A DNA stretch of 64,000 nt, taken from NCBI GenBank assembly GCA_963764745.1, contig CAVXTN010000002.1, forward strand, positions 20,589-84,588. Reading direction: 5' to 3'. The notes beneath the pieces are model-generated. The model was not told where the DNA came from. It searched no databases and saw nothing but the letters and a program-made list of their open reading frames with translations. This document shows positions 22,396 through 33,371 of the stretch, in pieces; positions within the stretch are counted from its first letter, which is position 1; each line of letters begins with the position of its first letter. The stretch comes from Candidatus Aminicenantes bacterium. GTDB lineage: Bacteria; Acidobacteriota; Aminicenantia; UBA2199. Position numbers and translations under genes: made by a program.

Positions 22396-23708
22396 TCAGC
22401 GGGAGGCTGAAATTTTGAAATAAATGGGGATGCCTTCGAGATGCAGTTCCTGGTTCAGCCTTTTTTTAAGGTACATTTCGTCGGCGGGCTTGAGCTTCAA
22501 ATTGGACTTGCAATGGAACTTGATAAAAAAAGGCCGCTGCGACTCAATGGATATGTATTTCGGGCTGAATACGCGATGGTCGGCGGTGGTCAGTTTTCTT
22601 CTCGCGCAATAGCCTTTTTACCAGCTCGTTGAACGAGGAGATCTGGATCTTTTTATCCAGCTTGGCCAGGATGCTCTCGGCCAGGTCCAGGGTCTGGAAA
22701 ATATTTTTGCCCGTCTTGGCGGACACCGCGATAAATGGCGCGAAATACAGATCATTGAACCGCTCATGAACGCGCGCGAAAAATTTGTTGCTGGCGGTGT
22801 CGGCCTCCATCAGGTCGGCCTTGTTGCCGGCAATGATCACCGGCTTTGCCGCTTTGACGATCTTTTGCGCGATCAGCAGGTCGTTTTGATCGATGCGCTT
22901 GGATATGTCTATGACAAAAATGATGACGTCCGACTGGCGCATCTCTTTTTCGGCCCGGATCACGGCGGCGCTCTCGGTGTCCTCCTTTACCTTTTGCAGT
23001 TTCCTGATGCCGGCGTTGTCCACCAGGATGAACCTCTGGCGGTTGCGCCGCACCTCCAGGTCGATGGAATCCCGGGTGGTGCCAGGCAAGGGGCTGACGA
23101 TGACCATCTCGTCGTTGACGATCTTGTTGATGATGGAAGACTTGCCCACGTTCGGCTTGCCGATAATGCTGATCCTGGGCGCGTAGGTCAGATCAGGGGC
23201 GGCCGGAGTCGATGTTTCCAGGATGCGGCTGATGCGGTCCAGAAGAACTTCGACGCCCAGGTTGTGTTCGGCCGAGATATAAATATAATCGGCTTTCAGC
23301 TCAAAATAGGACGATGGCGGTACAAACTGGTCCAGGTTGTCGACCTTGTTCAGGACCGGAATGATGGGCTTGTGCATCTTTTTGATCTGCAGGTACAGGT
23401 CCTTTTCATAGCCGAGCAGTTCCCTTTTGCCGTCGAATAAAAAAATGATCAGGTCCGATTGCCTCCGCGGCGTTGAAGATTTTCTTGTTGATCTCGGCGG
23501 TGATGATCTCCTTGTCCAGGAAAAAACCGCCGCTGTCCTGCAGGTCGACCCATTGGCCGTTGATCTCCACTTTCTGGCGGAAAATATCCCGGGTCATTCC
23601 CGGCAGGGAATGGACCAGGGCTTTCCTTTTGCCGAGAATGCGGTTGAAGAGGGTCGATTTTCCCGTGTTGGGAACACCGACGATGGTCAGCAAGGGAATG
23701 GGGCTCAT
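22396..23708 (-). CDS. der: Ribosome-associated GTPase Der/EngA (frame-disrupted)
   Basis: Two G domains are present: [12 protein letters not shown] in ORF 23406..23747 and [12 protein letters not shown] in ORF 22544..23377. The KH-like C-terminus continues in a third frame ([65 protein letters not shown] 22398-22396). The ATG overlaps the ispF stop (ATGA). Confidence 0.88.
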
Positions 23709-24196
23709 TTTTGCTCCAGGCAGCGGATCATGGCCATGCTGAAACATTCGAGCGCCTCTCCCCTGCCCACGGCGTCGAGTTTTTCCTTGGTCTTGGCCTT
23801 GACGTTGAAATCGGACTTGGGGATCCCCAATATCCCGGAGATGTTTTTTATGATCTCTTTTTTGAAGGGAGCGATCTTGGGGTTTTCAATGACCAGGACG
23901 CTGTCCAGGTTGAGTATTTCGAAATGGTTGCGGACAAGCAATTCCCTGACCTTGCCCAGCAGGAGCGAGCTGGCAATTCCCTTGTAGGCCGGATCGCTGT
24001 CAGGGAATAATTCCCCGATATCGGGTTGTCCCATGGCTCCCAGCAACGCGTCGATCAGGGAGTGGATCAGGACGTCACCGTCCGAATGCGCCTGGGCCTG
24101 CAGGGAATCCGCGACCCGGATGCCGCCGATCATCAGCCCTTTGCCGGGGACCAGCCGGTGAATGTCATAGCCGATGCCCGAACGGATCTTGATCAT
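23705..24196 (-). CDS. ispF: 2-C-methyl-D-erythritol 2,4-cyclodiphosphate synthase
   Basis: Intact 163-aa ORF with GIGYDIHRL and [18 protein letters not shown] motifs. Confidence 0.93.
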   Translation of the reverse strand: MIKIRSGIGYDIHRLVPGKGLMIGGIRVADSLQAQAHSDGDVLIHSLIDALLGAMGQPDIGELFPDSDPAYKGIASSLLLGKVRELLVRNHFEILNLDSVLVIENPKIAPFKKEIIKNISGILGIPKSDFNVKAKTKEKLDAVGRGEALECFSMAMIRCLEQK

Positions 24197-25177
24197 GACG
24201 TTTTCCTGCCGAAAATGATCTTGCCCGACGTCGACTGCAGAACCGAGGTCACTTCGATTTCCACGTCGCGGCCGATATCGACCTTGGCGTCATCGACCAC
24301 GATCATGGTCCCGTCCTCCAGGTAGGCCAAGCCCTGTTTTTTCTCTTTTCCTTCCTTGATGATCCGGGTCTGCAATTTTTCCCCGGGATAGACGATGGGC
24401 TTGAGCGCGAAGGCCAGCTCGTTGACATTCAGCACCTTTGACGTCCTGGAGCTTGGCGATCTTGCTGAGGTTGACGTCATTGGTGATGACCTTGAAATTG
24501 TGTTCCTGGGCCAGCAATACGAGCTTTTGGTCGACTTCCTTGACCCCGGGAACATTCTTGTTCAGGATCGTGACCGATATCTCCTTGTTCTGCTGCAGTT
24601 GCTCGATCACATCCAGTCCCCGCTTGCCGCGGATCTTCTTATTGGGATCGGTGGAATCGGCGATGAATTGCAGCTCGGCCAGGACGAACTGGGTGATGAT
24701 CAATTCTCCTTCGACAAATCCCGATAGCGCTATGGAAACGATCCTGCCGTCAATGATGGCGCTGGTGTCGAGAAGATAGGATTGGGTAAAAGCGCTGCTG
24801 CCGCGGAAAAATTCCTTGATGTTCAACGGCGAGAACATATTCGGCTTGCTGATGCCGATGAAAAGCCCTGTCACCGGGATGCCGAAAAGGAACAGGGCCT
24901 TAAAGAAGACGTAGGCCGAAAACGACATGGCGATCAGGTTGAACAGCTGGAACATGATCTAGCCCACGGCGATGCCGCCAAGCAGACCCAGCGAGGCGCT
25001 CCAGAGATGCTTCAATTCCGATTTTTTGATCTTGAAAACAAGCAGGGACAGGGAGAGGGCAAAGGCGGCGCCGAGCATGGCGCCAAGCTCCTTGGAAGTG
25101 CCTTGAAAAGGAGGGTAAGTATAGCCGATTATTCCGAAAATGACTACAAAAATCAGTTTATAAACATAAATGAACAT
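24193..25177 (-). CDS. YacL-like membrane protein with PIN and TRAM domains (frame-disrupted)
   Basis: TM helices are in ORF 24959..25177. A PIN-like part is in ORF 24290..24955 (YLLDTSAIIDGRI ... LVLLAQEHNFKVITNDVNL). A TRAM-like C-terminus is in ORF 24193..24555 (DGTMIVVDDAKVDIGRDVEIEVTSVLQSTSGKIIF). The radA-yacL-ispF neighbourhood matches that of Bacillus. Confidence 0.75.
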
Positions 25178-25272
25178 CTCATCTCCTTACATGAAATTTC
25201 ATAAAATTTGCGCAATAGTCAATTGTAACCTATTTTGGCGGAGATTTCAATTGCCGCAGCGGACGGCAGCGG

Positions 25273-26640
25273 CTATTTTTTCAGGAAGTCGAGCAGGTCG
25301 TGGATATTTTCGATGGAGATTGCCGATATGTCTTGATAATTTGGTAACTGGCTCTGACCGGCCGGCAGGCAGATTGTCGAAAACCCCTGTCTTATCGATT
25401 CTTTCAGCCGTGTCTCCAGGAAGCTGATCGGCCGGATCTCGCCGGTCAGCCCGACCTCCCCCATCACCACCGAATTGGGTCGCGGGCTGATATTCTTATA
25501 GCTGGAGATCAGGGCGGAACATACGGCCAGGTCGGCGGCCGGTTCGCGGATGACCATGCCGCCGGTGATGTTCAGGAAAACGTCCGATTTGTAAAAAGGC
25601 AGCCTCAATTTTTTTTCGATGATCGATATGAGCATGGACAGGCGGTAATTGTCGAAGCCGATGGCGATGCGGCGCGGGTTGCCGGCGAACGGGCTTTCGC
25701 TGACCAGGGCCTGGATCTCGGTCAGCAGCGGGCGCAAACCGTTCATGGCCGGGAAGATGGCGGTCCCGGGGGCGTGGGACTGGCGGTTCTGGATCAACAC
25801 CTGGGAGGGGTCGTTGACCGAGGTCAGCCCTTTTTCGCTCATTTGAAAGATACCGATCTCGTTCATCGGGCCGAAGCGGTTCTTTTCGGCGCGCAGCAGG
25901 CGGATATCGGTCTGCGTTTCGCCCTGGAAATAAAGGACGGCGTCCACCATGTGCTCGAGGGTCTTGGGACCGGCCAGCTGCCCTTCCTTGGTGATATGGC
26001 CGATGAGGAACACGGTGATGCCGCTTTTTTTGGCCATCTCGATGATCTCCGCGGTCACGTAGCGCAGGGAGGAGACCGAGCCGCTCAGGTGCGCGGTTTT
26101 TTTGGAGGTGATGGTCTGGATGGAGTCGATGATCAGGAATTCGGGCTTGAGGTCGCGGACATGGCTCTTCAGGTCCTCCAGCGTGCCGATGGTGAACAGG
26201 TAGATGTTGTCGGAATGGATGGCCAGCCTTTCCGCCCTGAGCTTGATCTGCAGCGCCGACTCTTCGCCGGAATAATAAAGCACTTTCTTGTTTTTTGCCG
26301 ACAGCAGCGCCGATACTTCCAGCAGCAAAGTGGATTTCCCCACCCCGGGTTCGCCGCCGATCAGGATCACCGACTGGCGTGACGATGCCGCCGCCCAGCA
26401 CGCGGTCGAATTCGTCCATGCCGGTGACCAGCCGCTGGATCTCGCGCGGATCGATCTCGCTGATCTTCAGCGGGCGGGCTGCGGGCCGCGACTCTTCCCC
26501 GGCGTCCGCTTCCCCGCACTCGCTTTCCACCAGGGTGTTCCAGGCCTGGCATTGCGGGCAGCGCCCGTAATACTTGGGACTCTGGAAGCCGCACTCGATG
26601 CATTCGAACTGGCCGGAATTCTTGGTGTGTTTAGTTGCCA
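25273..26640 (-). CDS. radA: DNA repair protein RadA/Sms (one frame break)
   Basis: The zinc finger CIECGFQSPKYYGRCPQCQAWNT is in the 5' part of ORF 25496..26707. ORF 25273..26370 carries Walker A GGEPGVGKSTLLL, the KNRFG motif and a Lon-like C-terminal domain. A TTG start near 26640 is assumed. Confidence 0.88.
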
Positions 26641-27954
26641 AAGCTGATTCCCACCATGAATTCGCGGTTGCGTGACTGCAGCAGATCGTAATATCCGGCC
26701 TGGACATCGATGTTCTTCGACAGCGAGAAACGCAGCATGGTTTTCAAAAGCGGATTTTTTTCGCGATGGAAGCGGTAGGCATAGACGTCCAGCTTCAGCC
26801 TGCTGCCCAGCATGCGCAGGCCCAGGGCGGCGCCGAGATCGGATTCGATCAGCCCGGCGCTCACGGAAAAGATCGCGATATTTTTCCCGCCCAGGGCGGT
26901 GAAGCGCGGATTGCCGTTGACGGGATCCTCGTTCACCCCGGTCATGATCAGAAAGTTCGGCGTGGAGACGCCCATTTCCAGCGCCGAGCGCGATTTTTTC
27001 AAGCGGGTGAAATAATCGAAATGAACTCCGTAATTGAAGGAGATGGCGTCCAGCGATTTTTTCTTCTTTTCCAGGTCCTTGAGCATGGACTGGACCGAAC
27101 TGACCGAATCGTCTATTTTTTTATACAGTTCCTCGTCCTGGAGCAATTTCCCGGCGGTTCCCTTGCCCAGCCGCATGTCGTCGCTGATCTGGGACAGGTC
27201 GGCGGTGATCTTTTCTATTTTGACCGGCCGCATCCTTGAATTCCTTGAGCAGGCCTTCCTGGCTGCCGTTGATGGACGTAGTCCATCCCGCTGATCAGAT
27301 GGTCGGCCCGATCCGCCGTCTGGTTGAATTTTCGGGAAAGCTGCGAGAAATCATCCAGAAGGCGGCTGGCCCTGCCGTTTTCGGCAAGCATGTTTTTGAA
27401 AGAATCGGTGATCACCTTGAAATTGACGAAGGCCGCCTGCAGGGATTCCTTCGAAGGTTTGTCGGAAACGATCTCGTTGATGGAATCGGTGATCTGGATC
27501 GTGCGCTCGTAGATATTGTCGAATTTCGTTTTGATCTCGTCCAGGTTGAACGGCTCGATGACCAGGATCTCGCCGTTGGGCTGGATGATCTTGGGGTTCG
27601 TCGGTCTTGAATTCGTCCTTGTAGACGATCTCGACGTATTTCTCGCCGATGAAGCCGATGGTGGAAATGATGGCGCGGGCGTCATCCAGGAGCTGGTAGC
27701 GCTTTCTCGATCATCAGCAGCACCACGGCCTTGCGCCCTTGCAGGGAGATCTTCTCGACGATGCCGATCTTGACCCCGGCCAGGCGCACCGGCGCGGTCG
27801 TGTACATGCCGGCCACCGTGGCGAACCTGGCGTTGATCGGATAGCGCTGGCCTTTGGAGAAGACCTCGCTGCAGGATTCGGTCTTGATGATGAAATAGGC
27901 GAAAACAATGAACACGATGATCAGGAAAAATCCCAGCTTGATTTCTTTTTTCAT
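26631..27954 (-). CDS. mlaD: Long-form MlaD (MCE domain + helical region + beta-strand-rich C-terminal domain), frame-disrupted
   Basis: ORF 27682..27954 has the TM helix and MCE core (RYPINARFATVAGMYTTAPVRLAGVKIGIVEKI). ORF 27215..27685 is a helical, coiled-coil-like region. ORF 26631..27233 ends in about 130 aa of alternating-hydrophobicity strands (ISFNYGVHFDYF ... LKLDVYAYRF ... EFMVGISFGN). About 3 breaks. Confidence 0.75.
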
Positions 27955-27958
27955 ATTT

Positions 27959-28707
27959 TCACCTTATTTTGATCGGGCCTTCGGCCTTGCCTTCGATGAA
28001 TTGCCTGACGATCGGGTTCTGGGTGTGCCTTGATCTCCGCGGGGCTGCCGGTTTCGATGATCCGCCCCTCGAAAAGAACGGCGATCTTGTCGGAGATCTT
28101 GTAGGCGCTGATCATGTCATGGGTGATGACGATGGATGTGATCTCCTTGTTGCCGCCGACCTTGATGATCAGGTCGTTGATGATATCGGCCATGATCGGG
28201 TCCAGACCGGTGGTGGGCTCGTCGTACATGATGATGGCCGGTTTCTTGGCAATGACCCTGGCGATGGCCACGCGCTTTTTCATGCCGCCGCTGAGTTCGG
28301 CCGGCAGCAGATCGGCGATATCCGCGAGACCGACCTGGTTCAGGCTGTGCTCGATGATGGCGTCGATATCGGCGCGTTTCATGTCTTTGCGGTTTTTGAT
28401 GCCGAACGCCACGTTTTCGCCGACGGTCAGGGAGTCGAACAGGGCCCCGCCCTGGAAAACCAGGCCGAACTTGTCCACCATGCAGTACAGTCCCTTCTCG
28501 TTGATCTTGGTGATATCCTCGCCGTCCACCAGGACCGACCCGGCATCGGGCTTCATCAGGCCGATGATATGCTTGAAAAGGACGCTCTTGCCGCTGCCGC
28601 TGCCGCCGATGATGGTGGTCGTCTCGCCCGCTCTCGATGTCCAGGTCCACTCCCTGCAGCACCTTTTTATCGGCGAACGATTTGTGCAGTCCTCGTATTT
28701 CGATCAT
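27959..28707 (-). CDS. mlaF: ABC transporter ATP-binding protein MlaF (frame-disrupted)
   Basis: It starts MIEIRGLHKSFADKKVLQGVDLDI at ATG 28707. ORF 27951..28556 has the Q-loop, LSGGMKKRVAIARV and IMYDEPTTGLD. The likely true C-terminus is QNPIVRQFIEGKAEGPIKIR with TGA 27961-27959. Confidence 0.85.
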
Positions 28708-29481
28708 CGCAGGCTGAAGGGCAGGATCTTGCTCCAGAAGAAATCGGAGACCAGGATGATCACCGAGGCCACGACCACGGCGGTGGTGGTGGCCTGCCCT
28801 ACTCCCTTGGCGCCGCCTTCGGTCTTCAAGCCGAAATAGCTGCCGATGACGGCGATGGTCAGCCCGAAAAACACGGACTTGATCATCCCGGACATCACGT
28901 CCCAGATCTCCAGGGAAACGAAGAGCTGGGAATCGAACAGGTTGGGATTCTGGTGGACCACCAGCGCGGCCACCAGCCTGCCGCCCATGATGCTGACGAA
29001 ATCTCCGAAAAGGGTGAGCAGCGGGGTCATGATGACCAGGGCGACCAGGCGCGGGCTGACCAGGTACTTGACCGGGTTGACCCCGAAGGTGAACAGGGCG
29101 TCCACCTGCTCGGTGACCACCATGGTGCCGATCTCGGCGCTGTAGGAAGCGCTGACCCGGCCGGCCAGCATCAATCCCGGTCAGCACCGGGATCAGCTCC
29201 TTGGCCAGGCTGACCCCGACCAGGGAACCGGTGAATACCTCGGCGCCGAAGCGCTGCAGGCCGTAAAAACTCTGCAGGGTCAGGACGCCGCCCGTGAAAA
29301 CGGCCATCAAAAAAACCACGGGGATGGACTTGATGCCGTCCAGGTAGAGACGGTTCTCGATCAGGCGGAAGTTGAACGGCCTTTTGAAGATCAAGGCGAT
29401 CGCCTTGCCGGCCAGGATGAATATTTCGCCGCAGGCCTGGGCGAAACGGTACAGCGGCTGCACGATGCCGTTGGCGATCAC
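28704..29481 (-). CDS. mlaE: ABC transporter permease MlaE (one frame break)
   Basis: ORF 28704..29174 together with an upstream fragment (IANGIVQPLYRFAQACGEIFILAGKA ...) forms a typical YrbE/MlaE permease. There is an ATGA overlap with mlaF. A GTG start at 29481 is assumed. Confidence 0.82.
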
Positions 29482-30850
29482 TATTCTCTCTCGCGGAATT
29501 CCATGTTGGCGAACTTGGTGAATTTGTCGAGGAAAGCCAGGACGATCTTGCCGGTGGGGCCGTTCCTCTGCTTGGCGATGATCAGGTCCGCCTCGCCCTT
29601 GCGTTCCGAGTCCTTGTCGAACTGGTCGTCGCGGTGGATGAAGATCACCACGTCGGCGTCCTGCTCGATGGAGCCGCTCTCCTTGAGGTCGGAAAGCTGG
29701 TACTTGGGGCCTTTTTCCTTCCTGCCGCCCCGGGTCTCCGGGGCGCGGTTCAGCTGGGCCATGGCCACCACCGGGATCTGCAGCTCCTTGGCCAGTTCCT
29801 TCAGGGCGGCGGTGATGACGGTCACTTCCTGGGCCCGCGTGTCGCTGCGGCGCAGGTTCTCCCCGGTCACCTTGATCAGCTGCAGGTAATCGACAAAAAC
29901 GATATCCAGGTTCTTTTCCGCTTTCAGCTTCCTGGCCCTGGCCTTCATCTCCACGATGGAGAGCGAGGCCGAATCGTCGATGTACAGCTTGGCCTTTTGC
30001 AGCTCGGAGGCGGCCAGCTCCAGGTCGTGCCACTCCTTGTGGGTCAGGTGCGGCTTGGCGGTGCGGATCGAGCTCATGCTGACCTTGGCATGGATGGCCA
30101 TCATGCGCATCAGCACCTGCATGCTGGACATTTCGATGGAATAGAAGGCCACCGCTTTTTCTTCCTTGACGGCCATGTTGCACGGCGATATTCAGCGCCA
30201 GCGCGGTTTTGCCCATGGAGGGGCGGGCGGCGAAGACGATCAGGTCGCCGTTCTGGAAACCGGAGGTGATGTCGTCAAGCTCGTAATAGCCGGTTTTCAG
30301 GCCCGGGCTCTCCCCGCCCTTCTGGATCTTCTCGATCAGCTCCATGGCGTCGGGGATCATGTCGGCGGTGGAAATAAAGCCTTTCTTGATGCGGTCTTCG
30401 GAGATCTTGATGATCTCTTCCTGCATCTCGTTGAGCAGGCTGATGGTGTCGGCGGCCGGTTCCACCCCCTTCTGGATGATGCCGCGCGAGGCCAGGATGA
30501 TCTTGCGCAGGGTCGAGCGGTCCTTGACGATCTTGATGTATTCCTTGATGTCCAGGTTCTCGGGGATGTCGTCGGCCAGGGAGGTGACGAAGGCGTGGCC
30601 GCCCGACGAACTGCAGCTTCTTCTTTTTTTCCAGGTGGCTGGAGACCGTGATGATGTCGGCGACGGAATCGTTGTTGATCAGGTGCAGCACGGCCTGGGC
30701 GATCAGCACATGCGCGTCGCGAAAAAAATCCTCGCAGCTGATCTCGGAAAAAACCTGGTTCACATAGCGGTTGTCGATCAGCATCGCCCCCAGCAGGGCT
30801 TTTTCGGCTATTTCGTCGTGGGGCAGTGCCTGGTTGGATTCAAGCGCCAT
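29481..30850 (-). CDS. dnaB: Replicative DNA helicase DnaB (frame-disrupted)
   Basis: The N-domain is in ORF 30275..30850 (LPHDEIAEKALLGAMLIDN). Walker A is ARPSMGKTALALN. The C-terminal RecA-like domain is in ORF 29481..30176 (VAFYSIEMS ... VFVDYLQLI ... AQLNR ... IIAKQRNGPTG). 2 breaks. Confidence 0.9.
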
Positions 30851-30859
30851 GGGTCGCGG

Positions 30860-31321
30860 TTATGCCGGAGTTTCTTCGCCGTCCTTCAGCACTTCGATTT
30901 TGATTTCCGCGTCCACGTCCTTGAAGAGCTTGATCTTGCCCGTGAAAACACCCAGCTTCTTGATCGGTTCCTCGAGATGGATCTTCTTCTTCTCCACCTC
31001 GATGCCGATGGCCGCGAGTTCCTTCTCGATCTCCGCCGTGGTGACGGAGCCGAACAGGACATCGTTCTCGCCGGCTTTCTTCTTGATGGTGATGGACACG
31101 CCGTCCAGCTTCTGCTTTTGCTCCATGGCGGAGAGCTTTTCTATTTCCAGCTTTTTCTGGTGCTTCTTCTTTTTCCCTTCCATGAGCGTGACGTTGTGGG
31201 CGCTGACTTCCACGGCCAGTTTCCTGGGCATGAGGAAATTGCGGGCGAAGCCCTTTTTCACTTCGATGACGTCGCCCAGGCTGCCGACCTTTTCGACGTC
31301 GGAGGTCAATATGACTTTCAT
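30860..31321 (-). CDS. rplI: 50S ribosomal protein L9
   Basis: This is the C-terminal 153 aa of ORF 30860..31594, starting MKVILTSDVEKVGSLGDVIEVKKGFARNFLMP. AAGAGGAGG lies upstream. Confidence 0.92.
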   Translation of the reverse strand: MKVILTSDVEKVGSLGDVIEVKKGFARNFLMPRKLAVEVSAHNVTLMEGKKKKHQKKLEIEKLSAMEQKQKLDGVSITIKKKAGENDVLFGSVTTAEIEKELAAIGIEVEKKKIHLEEPIKKLGVFTGKIKLFKDVDAEIKIEVLKDGEETPA

Positions 31322-31594
31322 ACCATGCCTCCTCTTTTCCTCGGTGAAGCGGATCAAGGCCATCTGCCGGGCCCTCTTGATGGCCTTGGACAGCTGTTTC
31401 TGGTGATAGGCGCAGGTGCCGCTGACCCGGGCCGGGAAAATGCGCCCGGTCTCGGAAATGAAGTTTTCCAGGTTCTTGTGGTTCTTGTAATCGATCAGCG
31501 TGATCTTGTCCTTGCAGAAGGCGCAGTATTTCTTGCGCGCCGAATAATATTTTTTGGGGGGCTTGCCGTCGCCGGCATTACTTCTCGGTTGCAT
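31318..31594 (-). CDS. rpsR: 30S ribosomal protein S18 (reads through into rplI in this assembly)
   Basis: This is the N-terminal 91 aa of ORF 30860..31594 (KKYCAFCKDKITLIDYKNHKNLENFISETGRIFPARVSGTCAYHQKQLSKAIKRARQMAL). There is no in-frame stop before the L9 ATG. A TGA in the +1 frame would give an ATGA overlap, suggesting a single indel in the last codons. Confidence 0.85.
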
Positions 31595-32006
31595 CTGATT
31601 CCTCCTCGTTTTCCAAGAATTCTTCGCTTTCCTTTTCCTCGCTGCTGGCCATGGTCTTTTTGCGGATCTTGTCGATCTTCGCCCATTTCTTGGTCAGCTT
31701 GTTGGATTTCTTCAGCTTGTCGTCCAGGCGCAGGGTGATGAAGCGCAGCACCTTTTCCATTTGCTTCAGGCGCCTTTCCAGGGTGGCGATGATCGCGCCG
31801 TCGACTTCGGTCTGGATGAACACGTAATACCCTTCCAGGTTCTTCTTGATGGGAAAGGCCATTTTCTTTCTTCCCCATTCATCGAGGTTCTCGATGACGC
31901 CGTTGGCCTTCTTGATGGTGGCGGTGATGGACTCGATGATCTTTTTGACTTCTTCCTCGTTCACCTCGGGGGTGACGATGAAGCCAATCTCGTACCTGCT
32001 ATTCAT
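31578..32006 (-). CDS. rpsF: 30S ribosomal protein S6 (acidic C-terminal tail)
   Basis: Intact 142-aa ORF: MNSRYEIGFIVTPEVNEEEVKKIIESI ... NLDEWGRKKMAFPIKK ... GYYVF. Confidence 0.92.
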   Translation of the reverse strand: MNSRYEIGFIVTPEVNEEEVKKIIESITATIKKANGVIENLDEWGRKKMAFPIKKNLEGYYVFIQTEVDGAIIATLERRLKQMEKVLRFITLRLDDKLKKSNKLTKKWAKIDKIRKKTMASSEEKESEEFLENEEESDATEK

Positions 32007-32627
32007 TTTTCCTCCTTGTGGATGTTTTAGCCTCTTCTTTTTGAAGAAGCAAGGAGTTCTTTCTCCTGTTGAATATATTCATGGTACTGTGAATATCGCT
32101 TGCCAGGATCGCTTCGGCCGCGTCGGCCGCCTTGACGATCCCTTCTTGGAACAGATCGAATTTCTTGCCCCGGAGCGGGTGCAAGCACGTAATGGACGAT
32201 GTCGGCGGCCTGGCGGCCGGGGCCCTGGATGCCGATGCGCAGCCGGGGAAAATCCTGGCTGCCGCTGTGCTGGATGACCGATTTCATTCCCTTGTGGGTG
32301 CCGGCGCTCCCCTTTTCACGGATGCGGACGTCGCCCAGGGGCAGGTCGATGTCATCGTAGATGACCAGCATATTTGCCAGATCGAAATCGAACATGCGCT
32401 GCAGCTTGTGAACGGCGATCCCGGATTCGTTCATGTAGGTCATGGGTTTGGCCAGCACGACCTCGTGGCCGTTGATGCGGGTCTTCTTGAACTGCAGCAT
32501 GCCGCCCAGGCCGGCCAGCTCGACACCGTGGCGGCGGCAAAGCTCGTCGATGCACAAGAATCCGGCGTTGTGCGGGACTTTTCTCGTACTTTTTATCCGG
32601 ATTGCCCAAGCCGATGAAAACAAAAAT
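31999..32627 (-). CDS. pth: Peptidyl-tRNA hydrolase (frame-disrupted)
   Basis: IFVFIGLGNPDKKYEKSPHNAGF is spread over two frames. ORF 32027..32623 has the core (VLAKPMTYMNESG ... VIYDDIDLPLGDVRIREKGSAGTHKG). The C-terminus is in ORF 31999..32184 (FDLFQEGIVKAADAAEAILASDIHSTMNIFN). The start codon is unclear because the frame begins right after the rplY stop. Confidence 0.82.
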
Positions 32628-33365
32628 TTATCCCTCCTTCTTGCCCTTGCCCTTGTCGGCTTCCTTGTCCTTGCCTTTTTCAGGTTCCTTGGCCTTCTCC
32701 TTGCCGGCGGCGGCTTCCGGGGCGGCCGCGGCGGCGGCGCCTTCAGCGGGAGCCTCGGCCACTTCGGCGACTTCGGCCACTTCCGCGACCTCTTCCTTGG
32801 CCTTGGCGGCCACGGCGCAGATCACGGTGTTGGCCGGGGAGATCAGCTGGTAAGCATCGTCCTTGGCCAGGTTTTCCACCTTGATCGACTGGCCGATGTG
32901 CAGGCCCGAGATGTCGATGCGGATCTCCTTGGGAATGCTGGTGGGCAAGCTGCGCACCATGACTTCACGGGCGATGAACTCCAGCAAGCCGTCCTCGGTC
33001 TTGACGCCGATGGGTTCGCCCTCGAGCACCACGGGCACTTCGACCTCCACGGGCTTGTTCAGGTCGATGCGGATGAAATCGACATGGATGATGTGGTCCG
33101 ACAGGTAATCGTACTGGATCTCCTTGATCATGGCGTCGAATTTGGATTTTTCGCCCTGGATGATGCGCAGGATCGAGTTTTCCTTGTTCTCCGACTTCAG
33201 GATGCCCTTGATGTCGCCCAGGTTCACCGCGATGGGGATGCTCTCGGCGGTGATGCCGTAGATGATGGCCGGGATCTTGCCTTGAGCGCGCAGCCCCTTG
33301 CGGGCCTTCTTGCTTATTTCTTTTCTCGGTTCCGCGTTGATCGTGATTAAATTTTCCATTTTCAC
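32628..33365 (-). CDS. rplY: 50S ribosomal protein L25 / general stress protein Ctc
   Basis: Intact 245-aa ORF (RKGLRAQGKIPAIIYG ... HVDFIRIDLNKPVEVEVPV). The A/E/K-rich tail includes AEVAEVAEVAE. Confidence 0.9.
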   Translation of the reverse strand: MKMENLITINAEPRKEISKKARKGLRAQGKIPAIIYGITAESIPIAVNLGDIKGILKSENKENSILRIIQGEKSKFDAMIKEIQYDYLSDHIIHVDFIRIDLNKPVEVEVPVVLEGEPIGVKTEDGLLEFIAREVMVRSLPTSIPKEIRIDISGLHIGQSIKVENLAKDDAYQLISPANTVICAVAAKAKEEVAEVAEVAEVAEAPAEGAAAAAAPEAAAGKEKAKEPEKGKDKEADKGKGKKEG

Positions 33366-33371
33366 CTCTTT

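Noticed and set aside
20426-22400. The parAB region considered as an integrated plasmid or a Xer-exploiting mobile element (IMEX).
   Set aside because: I found only one dif-like site, with no second attL/attR-type copy on the 22.2-22.4 kb side. There is no rep, integrase, relaxase or cargo gene, and the AT-richer composition extends gradually into der, ispF and yacL. Lower GC alone is insufficient evidence.
28117-30465. A 782-aa minus-strand ORF covering mlaF, mlaE and dnaB.
   Set aside because: It is a same-strand, out-of-frame read-through. Only short stretches coincide with the real frames (for example the dnaB middle segment and the mlaE N-terminus). The rest is R/P/G/H-rich nonsense. 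It is useful only as a carrier of real fragments between frame breaks.
32745-32800. A tandem 9-bp repeat (SACTTCSGC x3-4) encoding AEVAEVAEVAE in the L25/Ctc tail.
   Set aside because: It is low-complexity coding sequence in an A/E/K-rich C-terminal extension, typical of long-form Ctc proteins. It is too short and too degenerate to treat as a distinct repeat element.
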